Origin: Squalus acanthias
Taxonomy: Eukaryota
NCBI GenBank assembly: GCA_030390025.1
Contig: CM059430.1
Location: 3,782,001 to 3,846,000 of the forward strand
Reading direction: 5' to 3'
DNA: 64,000 nt
Under the pieces are notes generated by a model. It worked only from the letters and a program-made list of their open reading frames with translations. It ran no database searches and was not told the DNA's origin. The stretch's first letter is position 1; each line of letters begins with the position of its first letter. Made by a program: the position numbers and the translations under genes. This document shows, piece by piece, positions 10,219 through 22,295 of this stretch.

Positions 10219-11983
10219 GGGGGGGGGGGAGCAGGGGCTGGTGGGGGATGGTGGGGGGGTCAGTGGCTGCGTTTGGTGGCGGGTCGGGTAGGAATTATTT
10301 TTTTTGACAGCGGGTAGGGAACCCACTGTCAATCCGCCTCCATGCTAGTCTCCCAGATGTTGGGTCTGTCATCGCTGAACAGGCCCGACACCAAGCGGCG
10401 GGGGAGGCAATTTAGATCATTAAGAGCTTGTTAACAGGCACTTAAAAACTATTTTAAGCTCACTTTTAGATTTTAAGAGTTCGCCCACGGGTTCCCCACT
10501 GCTCGGGGAACACGTCAGGTAAGGAGGTCGGGAGTTGTGTCAGCATGGGATGATTTCTTAACGTGACAGCTGAAAATGGTGTATAAAAGCTCCCATTTCA
10601 CTTTCTAAGGTTAGAAGCTTTGCTAAATGCATTTGGAAGACAGATTGAGCTTTATGCAGGTTGCAAGTGCTTGGAGCAAACTCTCTATCCAGTGTCACCT
10701 CATTGGAACAACCTCTCTCACCATTGACAGATCCCTTCTGTCATCTCAAGTTCACCTGCCAGCTATTCCATCAGCATTGGTGCTCTTAAAACTATCTCAC
10801 CTTGGTCCTCAGAATCCCACCACGATCAGCCACAACACCAGCAGCACCAGGCACACCAGCAGCACCAACAACAACACCAACCTTCTCCGCAATCAACAGG
10901 ACACAGGGCATCAGCACCCGACCACATTGCTGCCCGGGACGCCAGGGATGGCCTCACCATGGCCAGATTTACTTCACTTGACGCTGTACACCCTGGCTGC
11001 CACATGATGCGCCAGGTTGGCACCACCCTACACCAACATCATAAAGCATCCCTACAATGCCCAAGCCATTCCTTTTATACTCATCACCATTGCGGGGGTA
11101 CCATTATGTCTCACCATTCACTGCAACTCACTAAGCCACTTCCAAAGGTGCACACAAATCTGTCCAAGAATGCAAGGTTTTGAAAATAAAGATTTCAATG
11201 TTTGACAGCACATTAACAGAAACTTTACATGAACATTGCATAAAACACCCAAGTGCCTACCCTTGTGTGTTGTTAGTTGTTATGATTGGACTAGGATGAG
11301 GGTGAGTGTGAAGGGTGGCTAGTGAGATGGGGAAGTGATAATGTAGATAGAGAGGGATGGGTGGAGGTGCAAGGTATGTTGGTGTGAGTAAGGATGTGCA
11401 GGAGTAGGATAGTGAAGGCAGAGTGATGGGGATGTGATGAGTGGCACAGCAGGATAAGGTTGAGTGTGGCTTGGCAGTAATGTTTCGTGATCTACTGAGA
11501 TCATTGAAAGGTTTGCGCCACTGCAGCCTGGTCCTCCTGACGACATCCCTGCTTGTGTCCTCCTGTGCAATGTTCAACCAGGCTGCGTTGATCTCCTGGG
11601 GAGGTCTCTTCCGCCCACTGGAAGGGAAGAAAACCTCCCTGCGTGCTGTGACTCCCTCCATAAGCATATGGAGGGAGTCATGGGAGAGCCTGGGTGCAGC
11701 CGTGCATCTCTGCGCAGTGCTTGTCAGTGTTTGCAGCACCTCAATGCTGTAGAACACTGACAGCACAACTGTCAAAATCAATGTGGACATGACCCCTTTA
11801 AGGAAACCGGCTGATGACGCATCATCAAATGACGTCATCAGACCCGTTTCCTTCAATTGGCCGGGAAATGCACTGGGTGGGCTTAGCATCATTTCACAGA
11901 GCCGACTGGAGCCAGCAGTGGGGTCGTATCCCGCTACCGACCCTGGCCACACCGGACCCGCCCAGGTAGGCGAAATCGCAGCC
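10219..11983 (-). mobile_element. Non-autonomous PIF/Harbinger element, copy 1, with Myb/SANT-like ORF
   Basis: Colinear with 32845-34543 and 43423-45125. Right terminus gcgaaatcgcagcc is intact. The left TIR has degraded into a G-rich tract. Confidence 0.8.
11480..11725 (-). pseudogene. Harbinger Myb/SANT-like (trihelix) DNA-binding domain coding segment
   Basis: Within ORF 11257-11991: APRLSHDSLHMLMEGVTARREVFF..RKRP..AWLNIAQE....VVRRTRLQWRKPFNDL fits the Myb/SANT pattern W..IA..V.....RT..QC.K.FNDL. Confidence 0.75.
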
Positions 11984-14114
11984 GTCATCACAACTTTAAA
12001 ATTTGTCTCAATTCTTACATTTTTTAGTACTTCTGAACTAGTTTGTCAAATGCTGTGCTGCCAACACAGCCCTGCCCCTCTATTGCAGTTGGACCCAAAT
12101 TGAGAACCTGGCACCAAGATGGCATCAAATCACCCACAATCAGATCTCAGCATTCAAAAAAGACACAATTTCATGAAAACGTGTGATATTTTCTAAGAAA
12201 GCTTGAAGTATTGCAGCATTTAACAAACCTAATAGCGAAACATATTTTAATTTAATGGCATAAAATATTTAAAGTGACTGGACAAGCAAAGGGCTGACGT
12301 CACCATGGTGAACATGTTTTGTACAGGGAGGAGTGCTCAGTGATATGGGCAATGGCATGATACTGTCATTACTCCACTGATCATATCGGATGGGACAGGC
12401 GTTACTGTTTTAAAATAAAAATAACACTTCCACTCAAAAACTCAAATTCGGAATTGAAGGAAAGTTGGGGCTGCGGCACGTATAATTTCCACTGCAGCAG
12501 GAACTCTCCTGGGAAGCTGACGTGGTATTTTCAGAACCAGCTGGTCGAGTACCTGAGCATGCTCTAAGCTCACCAAGTGCCCCTTTAAAAGGGTAAATGA
12601 AAGGTCAGATCACTTACTGCCCTGTGCAGCCACAGTAAATCAGTGATGCACCGTTCAAGAGCAGATGGAAACAAAAATCTTACAAAGGGTTAATTTGACG
12701 TTTTTCTCTCACACTTTGGTATTTGCACATTTTCCTCATGTTGTTCTGACAGTGTTTCTCTAGGTTCCTGCCTAACTCTCGGTCAGTGTGTGGTGTACGG
12801 CGACCAAATGGATAAAGAAAAAAAAAACTGAAGAAAATTAAAATAACGCTCAAGTTACAGCCCTATCTCCCAAGTATATTCTTTCCGGAACAGGGATAGT
12901 GACTTTTATGATAGGATTTTGTCTGATAATAAACTAAGATACTACGTACTGAAGGAAAATCCTCTCCCTTCCGAGACAAATGTGTTCTTTTTAATGACTT
13001 ACTGTACACAAGGTATCAGAACTTTAATAGTCGCTTCATCAGGTTATGAATTCTTGAGGCACTTCCATAGAAAGCAGAAAAATGAAAATGAGGTTAAGCT
13101 ACAGCACTCAATTACTGCAATGTTTACTACTTTCTTCAAGTTAACCTCTCCTGCTCATTTCCTCTTCAGTTGTGGCAGGGTCTGTTCTGTGGACTTGTGA
13201 AACAGGTGGTGTTAATGCTGCTCCTTCCCCAAATGGGCCAGGAGATGTGCTTCAGAAGGTAACGCATTCCTCCCACAACTGGGACAATCTGTCCTCTCGA
13301 CAAAGTCCAGAGAGTGGCCATAGATCGCGGCTGGGGATTGGTACTTGGGTCTTCACCCAGTAACAAGACCAGCAATCTAGCGCTGCAGTTTCCAAGCCTC
13401 GCCAAGGAAAGGTGTCAATTTGCCAGTCTCTGCACTTTATGACAGCAACTTTATCCTGCAAGGATTATAATCCACTTGTCCTGTCCCTCTGTCTCCCCTC
13501 ACAAAAAAAATATTTAAAATTGTGAGGCTTCTGCACTCCTTCAGTCTTCCCTTCATTCCACAATCTATAAGATTTTAAAACCCAATCTTGCTCACACCTA
13601 ACCACTACTTCTTGATTTATCTTGCCTTCTTTCCTAAGTTGTTAAAAGCCACTTTTATTTTGTTTATTTGTCTTGCTAGTGCCACTGGCTCCCAACATGC
13701 GGGTATCATGCAGCTGGTTAAAAACCCTAAATTAAGCTTGCTGGATTCTCCAAGATTAGCGGCTGGGAAGACTGATTCTTCCCAAATCTGTTAAATTTAC
13801 TTTGAGGTTGGTACTGGCTGCATGTGGCATGCACATTAGGAGCTGGCAGCACCAGCGGGACTCAGAAACAAAACCAAAAGCAACTTTACTTTTGCACTTC
13901 AACGTCAGGTTCTAGTGTCCTGCTTCAGAAGAGTAATCTCCATGTGTCACTCTCCTGCTTGTATAATGTACAGACCCAGGCTATAAGCACATGGGACCAG
14001 CTCCCCACATCTACTTCACTGAAACAGTTACCTCAACCAGACATCACTTCCACAGATACAGATTTTCTAGGGTGTACAATGACTTTGTGGCTTCTCCAAT
14101 CTTGGCTCATTTAC

Positions 14115-14233
14115 GACGAAAGGTCATCGACCTGAAACGTTAACTCTGTTTCTCTCTCCACAGATGCGGAGTATTTCCAGCATTTTCTGTTTTTATTTCA
14201 GATTTCCAGCATCCGCAGCATTTTGCTTTTGTT
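14115..14233 (+). mobile_element. Second Penelope-type pLTR fragment with a truncated hammerhead core and 13-bp TSD
   Basis: TSD ttggctcatttac at 14102-14114 and 14234-14246. The insert starts GACGAA-AGGTC(atc)GACCT-GAAAC-GTT. Confidence 0.8.
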
Positions 14234-14334
14234 TTGGCTCATTTACACTTCGGAGTACAGCTGACCGGGGAAGAATTGGATACCTGTGCCTTATTGCATT
14301 CTTCAGTCCTTGACTTTTTTTCCCCCCTCATGCT

Positions 14335-14392
14335 TCCATGCCTTGAGACATTGTTGATGTTAAAGGTTCTATATGAATGCAAGTTATTGTTT
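14335..14392 (+). mobile_element. L2 3' tail fragment
   Basis: gccttgagacatt..gttaaaggttctatatgaatgcaagttattgtt matches the end of the L2 at 63115-63170. Confidence 0.6.
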
Positions 14393-17300
14393 TGAATCTG
14401 GATGTTGTTTTAACTTGCCCCTTCACTTAGGATTCTCAATTTTAAAAAGGAAAAACTTAGCCCAAAGGTTCTTTGGGGAAACAAAATGTGGCCAGACTGC
14501 ACGATTCTGCAAGGTCCTCTTATTATTACACCTGATGTGACAATGTGTAACAACAATCAGATGAGGACAATAAACTAGCTTCCACATAGAATAATCCAGG
14601 ATGAAGCAGCTGAAAAGCGGTTTAATAAAACAGTAATACAATCGAAGAAAATAAGCACATTCCAGACAATGTGCTAAAAGGAGGTAACAATTGAATGAGA
14701 CAGAAAGGGCTGTTACAAAGATAAGAGAACGACTGAGAGCAGAAAGATTAACGCAAAGTTCAAGGCTATTTGAAGTATTCAGGATGGTCATGACAGGTCC
14801 ATTCACACCTACACTAGATGTGAAAAATTTAAGCTGGTTTGTATATTAAATTCAGGCTATTTTCACGATACTTTTAACCCAGACATTAAATTGGGTTCCA
14901 CTGTGGCATAAACAGGCTAGTTTATGTTGGAATTAATAAGAAGTAGCTCAATTTTTTGAAATTCAAGGATAATAAGCAAGTTTCACTATGCTACAAATGG
15001 TCTTTTTTAATTTTAATCATTTGAATAATTATTTATTCATGGTGTTGTACGTTTTTTCATATACAGTGTATATGGATATACACGCCAAGCCATTTATATG
15101 CAAATCTTATCTAAGGAAATTCCTGAGATAAGCACATTTTCACCAAGTCCTAATTTGTTCCAGGGAGCCTGTATATCCAGTCCTGTTATATGTAAACCTA
15201 ATCTGGATATAAGCAATTTATTTTGAAAATCTGTGCCCTGCTGCATATGAAAGGTTTCCAGTTCAATGTACGTTCTATATTAATTGGCCACAAATAACAA
15301 AGGGAGCCAATTTATTATGTGGAATCCTCAGCGCACCAAGAAACTCTCTTTCAACAAGCTGCTCTTCCCCCTCCCCCCACACTGTGCAGTAGGACTGTGC
15401 ATTTGGATGCAGTCAGACTTTCGATATCTAGGGTACAACATTCAGAATCTTAAATCCAAATAATGAGGTCAGTGCACAAGTGAGGAGGCTGCTTTCAATA
15501 GACCAGAATGGGACTGTGAGGGATTGGACACACATTTCCCACCCACCCTGCAGGATCGGATGCATACTCTTTTCTAACCAAAAGACCACCAGGGATTGTA
15601 CATGATATGTACATTCCTTCCTGACCCCAAGCAGACCAAAGAGGACTGAAAGCATAGCCGCCCGAGTAGACCAACAGGAGTGAGCCACTGCATGCTGCCC
15701 TCTCACTTGACTGCCAGGGACTGGATGAATAAACTATCTCCAATAGAAACCCCAAATAGAAAACAGCAACAAACATCATAGATAAAGGGGGAGAAAATGA
15801 GCCTGTGCATGTATACGTGCACACACACACAAAAATAGTAACAGTGGTCACTACTCCAGATACTGATGCCCGACTATCAAATTGAGGGTACGAAGATATT
15901 TGCTGACTCCGAAGATGGCGGAGCTCATATGCATTTCCCTGCCCATGCACAGCAGGTTGTCGAAAGCAAATCCCATTGGGGGAAAATTGGATTTGTTTAA
16001 AATAATCCAATTTGGCAGTACCTCTACCATACACTATTTTATAACGAGCGGTTTATGGAGCCATTTTGCTGAGTTTACCTTTAATTATTATAATTACCTG
16101 TGCAGCAGTCTGACCTCAGTGTAGTTAATTCTGTGGCCTATTACAAAATGTTAAATTTAGACTCACTTTTATTTTCCTTAATATTATAAAAGCACCATGT
16201 TTTCAACCAGCAAAAGCAACCTTGGACACAGTATGAAATAGGGATGTGCTATTAAAATACCACCCGTGCAACCTTTATTATTTTGAATAAAAGGAAAATA
16301 ACCTGTTTTAATACAAAGAATAATTATGTGCCTCTATTTCATTTTCCAAACCAAATAACCAGAAGCATATTTCTCTTAATAATTTTTAAACCTGTTGCTT
16401 AAGCAGCAATTATTATTGCTGAATACATTTTATATCGTTAACTCCTTCGACTAGCCAACAGAACGTAGAGCACGCAGCAGAGTAAACAATGATCATCTCT
16501 TAATCAAAAGTGTTAGATTGATTAGCTGTTATCTGGCATGCTGTACCCTAAAAGTCAAATATGGCTATCTTTTCTTAGTGTGCATGTATTTTTTTCTCTT
16601 TTTTTTTCTAGTGCCATTTAAGTTAACTGATGTGTTTACTGTCTAGAATGGCTGAATACATTCCGGGTCACAGTGCAGAAACAAGCCTGGCTAATTGCAT
16701 TCTGCACTTCACTTCTGCAAAGCTTCCATCTCCTACAATAACAGCATGCCTGAAGTGGTAGGAATATTCATCAAGCAGAAAAGGCACAGACACCTCCTTG
16801 TTATGATTCTCCAAGACCAATCGCTGCTGCCCCAAGGTCATTTGTAAACCTCAGCCATAACTAACAGCAAAATAAGTAAGTGACGTGGCTCTTCTTTTCA
16901 GATCAGAATTACACATCAACACACACAGACAAAAAAATTCGATTTCCTAAAACATAGAGAAAGGCTATTCATACCATGGATTAGGGTCAATGATCTGGAT
17001 GGAAAGTAAACCAGTTTCTATTTTTTTTTTAAATTATTACTGTAGCCTAATAGTAGATCACAAAATCAAAATTAGGATGAACAGTAATTTGACCATTCGT
17101 GCTATTTTTCACCCCACGTGCATCTGGTCATAGCACAGACATAAGCATATTCTGTTTGCGTAAACATGACACAAACAATGTGCACCTGATATTTTCACAC
17201 TTCAGTGTCAGAATGACTTCAAGACAGCTAATTAAAATCATTCCGTGGGTCAAACTCTCTGTTTTGTGAATCAATATGGAAGAGGAGCTGAAAGTTGATC

Positions 17301-17613
17301 AAACTTCAGATGTGGAAAATTAACACCACATTCTGTGTTTGGCAGCGAAGCCAGACTGTACTTTTATTTGTGATTTTAAAAAAATCCGTGTAAACTCAAA
17401 TTGCCAAAAATACTTGGGAATGTTAGGTTTTTTTATGATCAGAAATAACTTAAACAGATGGTGCTGGACAAGTCTCACTCAATTATAAAGTAGAAATGTA
17501 ATTAAGGGATTCAAATGAGACCATGAATTGTTATAAGGAAGCTCAGCTCTGAACCCCTCAACGGTCTCGCAAATCACTGACAGGTAACCATTGTTGTTCA
17601 TAACATACATAGT

Positions 17614-18301
17614 GGGCCGTATTTTCCGATCCCTACAGGTGTGTACGAGCTGTGGACACACCCGTAGGGACCTCGCAAGTGCTGGTTTCAGGCATGCGAA
17701 GCGCATGCGCTGAAAACTGGCATTTCCAATCCGTCAAGAATCCTCTTGACCGATCAGACGCCTGCCCTGGAGAAGGGCCTCTGCGGGTGGAGTGTTCCGC
17801 TTTCTAAGGGTAAAAATCTTACGCTTTTACCAGCATAAGAGTTTAAAAAAGTTAAAAAAAAAAATTTCCACTCATTTATTATGTAAAAATACTTTTAAAA
17901 AAAGGTACGTTTATTTTTAGCCCCGTAAAAAACTTTAATTATTTTTTTCAAAAAATTAAATTTTTATTTAAAATATTTAATTTAATGTAATTTTAACTCA
18001 TTTTAAAAACGTGATTTAAAAAAAAAATTATTTAATGTTGTAGTGTCTTTTTTCAGTGATTCCCCATTCATACTTTTGACAGGTCTACCTGTCAAAAGTA
18101 TGAAGGGGGATTCCCTTCTCCCATTGGCTCGCCTGGCCCAGGTGATCCCAGGGACGCTTGCCTGTGCCCCTGGGATACCTGGGCCTCTGCGCGCGTGCAC
18201 CAGGAGAGGTCCAGGATCGGAAGAGTCCGGACCGCAGGAGCCCTCAGGTAAGGGCATAGATTGTTTCCCGATAGGATGCCTCCTATCGGAAATTACAGGC
18301 C
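17614..18301. mobile_element. Harbinger-type MITE (688 bp) with TIRs and 3-bp TSD AGT
   Basis: TIRs gggccgtattttccgat and atcggaaattacaggcc. TSD agt at 17611-17613 and 18302-18304. AT-rich core and a 17-bp perfect internal hairpin at 18067-18104. Confidence 0.85.
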
Positions 18302-21011
18302 AGTGTGAATTTTCTTTTTTTTTTTACAGTTTAAGCACCACAATTTGTTGGTTGTGTGACGAATCAACATAGGACAAAGAATGTCATAGATTTTATGAGT
18401 TAGGATTTGAAAGTATATCAGATTTATGAAACAGCATTTGGAATATTAGCAGATTGTTTATTTATAGTAAATTACAGGAGTGTGCACTACCTTGTACATG
18501 TATTGTTTATTACTTTAATTTTGAAATTTTACATAAATATAGTTTAAAAGGCAAAGTTATTAATACCTATTTATATTATTTTATTTGGAATTTGCCATTT
18601 TTCCAGGTCTGTGAAAAATCTACAGGGCATTTTAGAGAAGGTAAAATAGCTTAAGCCCAGTGTCTAACAGGAAGTTGAGTGGAGTAATGAGCCAACATGT
18701 TTAAATCTGTCTTGCTTCAGAGGGGTGGAAGGAGCTGAGTAATTGCATTTCCACTCACTTCCCCCCCCCCCGCCACCACCACCACTACTGATAATCATTT
18801 CAGCAGAGGAAGAATTCAAGCTTCCTCTATTCAACAAAGACTTCCTTGGAAAAAAATAATCTGAACTGACTGCAATTTCAGCCCTTAGTCTGCTGCATTT
18901 ATCTATCCCAGCGAGGTCGCTGATGTCAAGTGCACGCTCTTCAATTCTTACAATTTTCCTGTTCATGACATTCATTCGTATGCTTGCCTCAACCACACAT
19001 TCGGAGGTAGCCATTGTGCCAACAATTAAATATATACATCAGTTACGTGTTTTAAGGAAATGTGCTGTGCTGCACAAACGCAGCTATCATGATCTGTTAT
19101 TTTGCAGCAGAAAGCTTCAAACCAACACAATTTTTCATGAAAAGCTGAAAAACTCCAGTTTTCCTTAAGATTTTTTATATCGACTCATTAGATTGCCAAG
19201 TAACCAAAACCTGCCTTCCATGCTTTGTGGCAGAAAAGCGCATTTTTGTTGGTTGCCATTTCTGCGCTACTTTTAACAGAAGAGACAACCTGAAACTGCA
19301 CAAATCTGCAGCATCCCTTTCCCAATGGTCAAACTGTCAACTTCAAGTCAGTTTTATACATTTGAAAACAAATGAGCTGCAGAACTTGGACAAATTCAAA
19401 TGTAAGGGACCATCACCAAATGGGCGGCTGCAATAAAATCCAAATGGCGTGTCAAAAATTCTTCCAGAATAAGCAAAGCTGGATGAAATAATAATATGAA
19501 ATTAAAGATAGCGATAAATATTTATTCTGCTATAGATGGTTGACTGGAGCAGAAATGCTGCAAATTGAACAGTACTGAGGAAAATTCCTGTTTCAATGGC
19601 AAAGAAGGATTTTCCAACAGAAAGCTTGTGGTTCGCTGAAATTACTCATGAAAATCAGCCTTTCCCAGTGTTTCTGTTTAATCCAAAATAGCTGTTCTAT
19701 ACAGAAGCACACCTAAGATGCCGTGCTCTTGAAGAAATATGCTGACTCTGTCCAGAGCAAAAATATAAATGGAGATAAGTGGATGGAAATTGAAAATTGG
19801 ATACATTTTGCTGGTTCCTTTTACATTAGAAGTGGTTCAAGAAAACTCTGCTATTGGGAATGTACACTGCAACACCCTGTGACTTTGTAGCCCATCATCA
19901 GCTCCAGGGAAACACGGGTGGTTTCAAACCAAAGTTCAGTGTTTCCCAGTTGGACTGTCTCTCTGAAACCAAAGTTCAATCCCACAGAAACAGGGGCTAA
20001 AATTGGCTTCATCACCTCTGCTACTTTTGAAAGGACGTGTGATTAAATGGGATGCGGACATGTCACTTTTGGCCCCGTAGCTCCTCCTAAATTGTTTCAA
20101 GTTGACGTTCGTTTTTGTGTAACGAACAAAAATAACAAAAGTTATTTACCGCACAAAATAACTGAACCGGATGGAATTTGGCGAAATGCCTTTTCGCAAA
20201 TGGTAAAAATAAACAAAATATCTGATTATTTGACTGTTGTAGCAAGGAAGCTAAAACATGCACACGTTAGGATGTTCAATTGTTCCGGTATATAAAAGAT
20301 GGAATTCTGTTTCAGTGAAATGAAGTGAAATTGCAGGACGTCTGCAAAAACAAGTTTAACTGTTACTTCAATAACCCACTCCTCTGCGTCCCTTTTTAAA
20401 CAGAGCCACGAGTTTTGTGCCACCTGTGATAAGAATTTCTTTCTTTCAATTAGGTGCACTTGTCCCCAGTCCCAGTTCATCAGCTCAGCACAGCAAAGTC
20501 AATGAAAGTGCCAGTAATGAAGTAATCAGATGCAGCCTGGCTTCCTAGCTTACTCTGGCCACCACAGAAGGGCAGCCTCTTCAATAACACTTTGTACGTA
20601 ACTGAAAGAACTATGCTGCTCATTGTGCCAGACTACTGCATGGCAAACAACTCAAGGAGCAGTGCTGAGGCTACAGGTTAAACCAGGAAGAAATCAAGGC
20701 GAGATCAGCAAAGAAAACCTCCACTGCAGAAGGAAAGAGGCAGCATTAACAACTGAGTCTGAACAACAGAAGGAGTGGCAGCAACCGTGAAAATATTTCT
20801 GTTTGTGACATTAGGTTTTAAAAATCATGTCCGATTGCACTATGAACCGTAAAATGTTGTGGAGCAATAGTTGTTCACAAAAAAAAACAGATTTGATTTT
20901 TCCATTTTATTTTAAAATAAAAAATAATATGCAACTTTCCTGTGCAGACTGGATTACAGTGCCACCATCCACCACTCCCATGTTAACTATGGATACCAGT
21001 TTTTATCTTGA

Positions 21012-21402
21012 TGAGGCTAGTAGCACTCTTGCCCCGAAGGTTGTGGGTTCAATTCCATTAGCAGGACTTGAACTCATAATTGAGACTGACACTTGGTTGG
21101 AATTGCAAAGGAAGTACCATCCTTTGGATAAGACATTAAAGCAAGGTTGTGTCTGTCTGTCCAGGTGGACATAAAAAACATCGAATGGAACCATTCAAAG
21201 AAGGGCAGGGAGTTCTGCGAGTATCCTGACTAACATTCTTCCCCCATCCAATACCACCAAAAATAATCCAAATCAATTTGTACCATTCATCACGTTGCTA
21301 TTTGTGTGATCTTCCTGGGCACAAAATTGCTTGCATGTTGGCCTACATAGCAGTCATTGTACTTCAAAGGATGCTATGTAAATTAAATGACTTTCTTTCT
21401 TT
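21012..21402 (+). mobile_element. Deu-domain SINE (SacSINE1-like), degenerate
   Basis: tRNA-like head gaaggttgtgggttcaattcc. Body is colinear with 31064-31486 and 53925-54383. Short (cttt)n tail. Confidence 0.7.
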
Positions 21403-22119
21403 AACCTTCAAAGGAAGTCTTACTCCTAAACAGTATAATGTCAAATTATAGACAGAAATTATAAATTTTATCACTTATTAACTTTTTGTGATAACTGCCA
21501 TTTGGACTTCACATAAATGGATGAAATATTACTGTCAGGCCTGCTCCAAGTAGACTTTTTTTTTATCACCACCTGTTATCGGGCAAATGTTCATGATCTC
21601 TTGCTACAACCTTGGTTGGTGATTGGCAGAGCGCTTGGAGAATTGGTGTACATGGCTGAAAGCAGCCATCTGTGCTATTTTTCTGTGGTTTTCACCGATC
21701 TCATGACAGGAGATTGGGAGAACCCCTGCTGAGATTCAGGGCGCTGTTTTCTCATCTTATAGGGTGCTTTCATCAAGTGGCTCTGACTGTAAAGATTTGT
21801 TAATCCCAGGAGCTGTTCATTCAGGAAACATTATTACCATAGCTCATGCATTTTAGAAAAAATTAAACATTAGCACAAGAATCTAGTCAGGATCAGTGAC
21901 ATTAAAAAAAAAACCATCAAGCAACGTCAACAAAAGCAAAACTAGTGCGAATAGCTTCCAACACACAATTCTACTGGCAAATATTTTATCAGCACTCATG
22001 AGTGGATGTGCTGGAAGAAGCACACGAGAGAGTCAGAACTTGATTGAAGCGAACACTTATTTCAACCAGGGCTGTGGGAGGGGTGTCCCAAATCGAAGGA
22101 GTTTACAAAATTAGCCTGA

Positions 22120-22295
22120 CTTTCTGCTCATGATTGCCATCCAGTGATCCCTGCTGGAGAGTGGTCATGTGTGAATATTGAGAAACTAAATTGGACTTGA
22201 GTGTGATGCCCTCCCCTACCATGAGTGAATAGCTTGCTAATAATGAGCATTTAGACACGAGCACTGCATATGACGCCACTTGGCCAAGTAGAATA
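22120..22295 (+). mobile_element. AmnSINE2-like SINE fragment
   Basis: tgattgccatccagtgatccctgctgga..tgtgatgccc..gaatagcttgct..gccacttggccaagta is homologous to the reverse complement of 27000-27340. Confidence 0.5.

Noticed and set aside
11257-11991. 244-aa ORF as a host MSANTD or NAIF1-like gene
   Set aside because: Lies inside a multi-copy TIR element, starts outside the TIR, and is frameshifted in the other copies.
15495-16034. 179-aa minus-strand ORF
   Set aside because: No recognisable domain or clear splice context. Compatible with chance.
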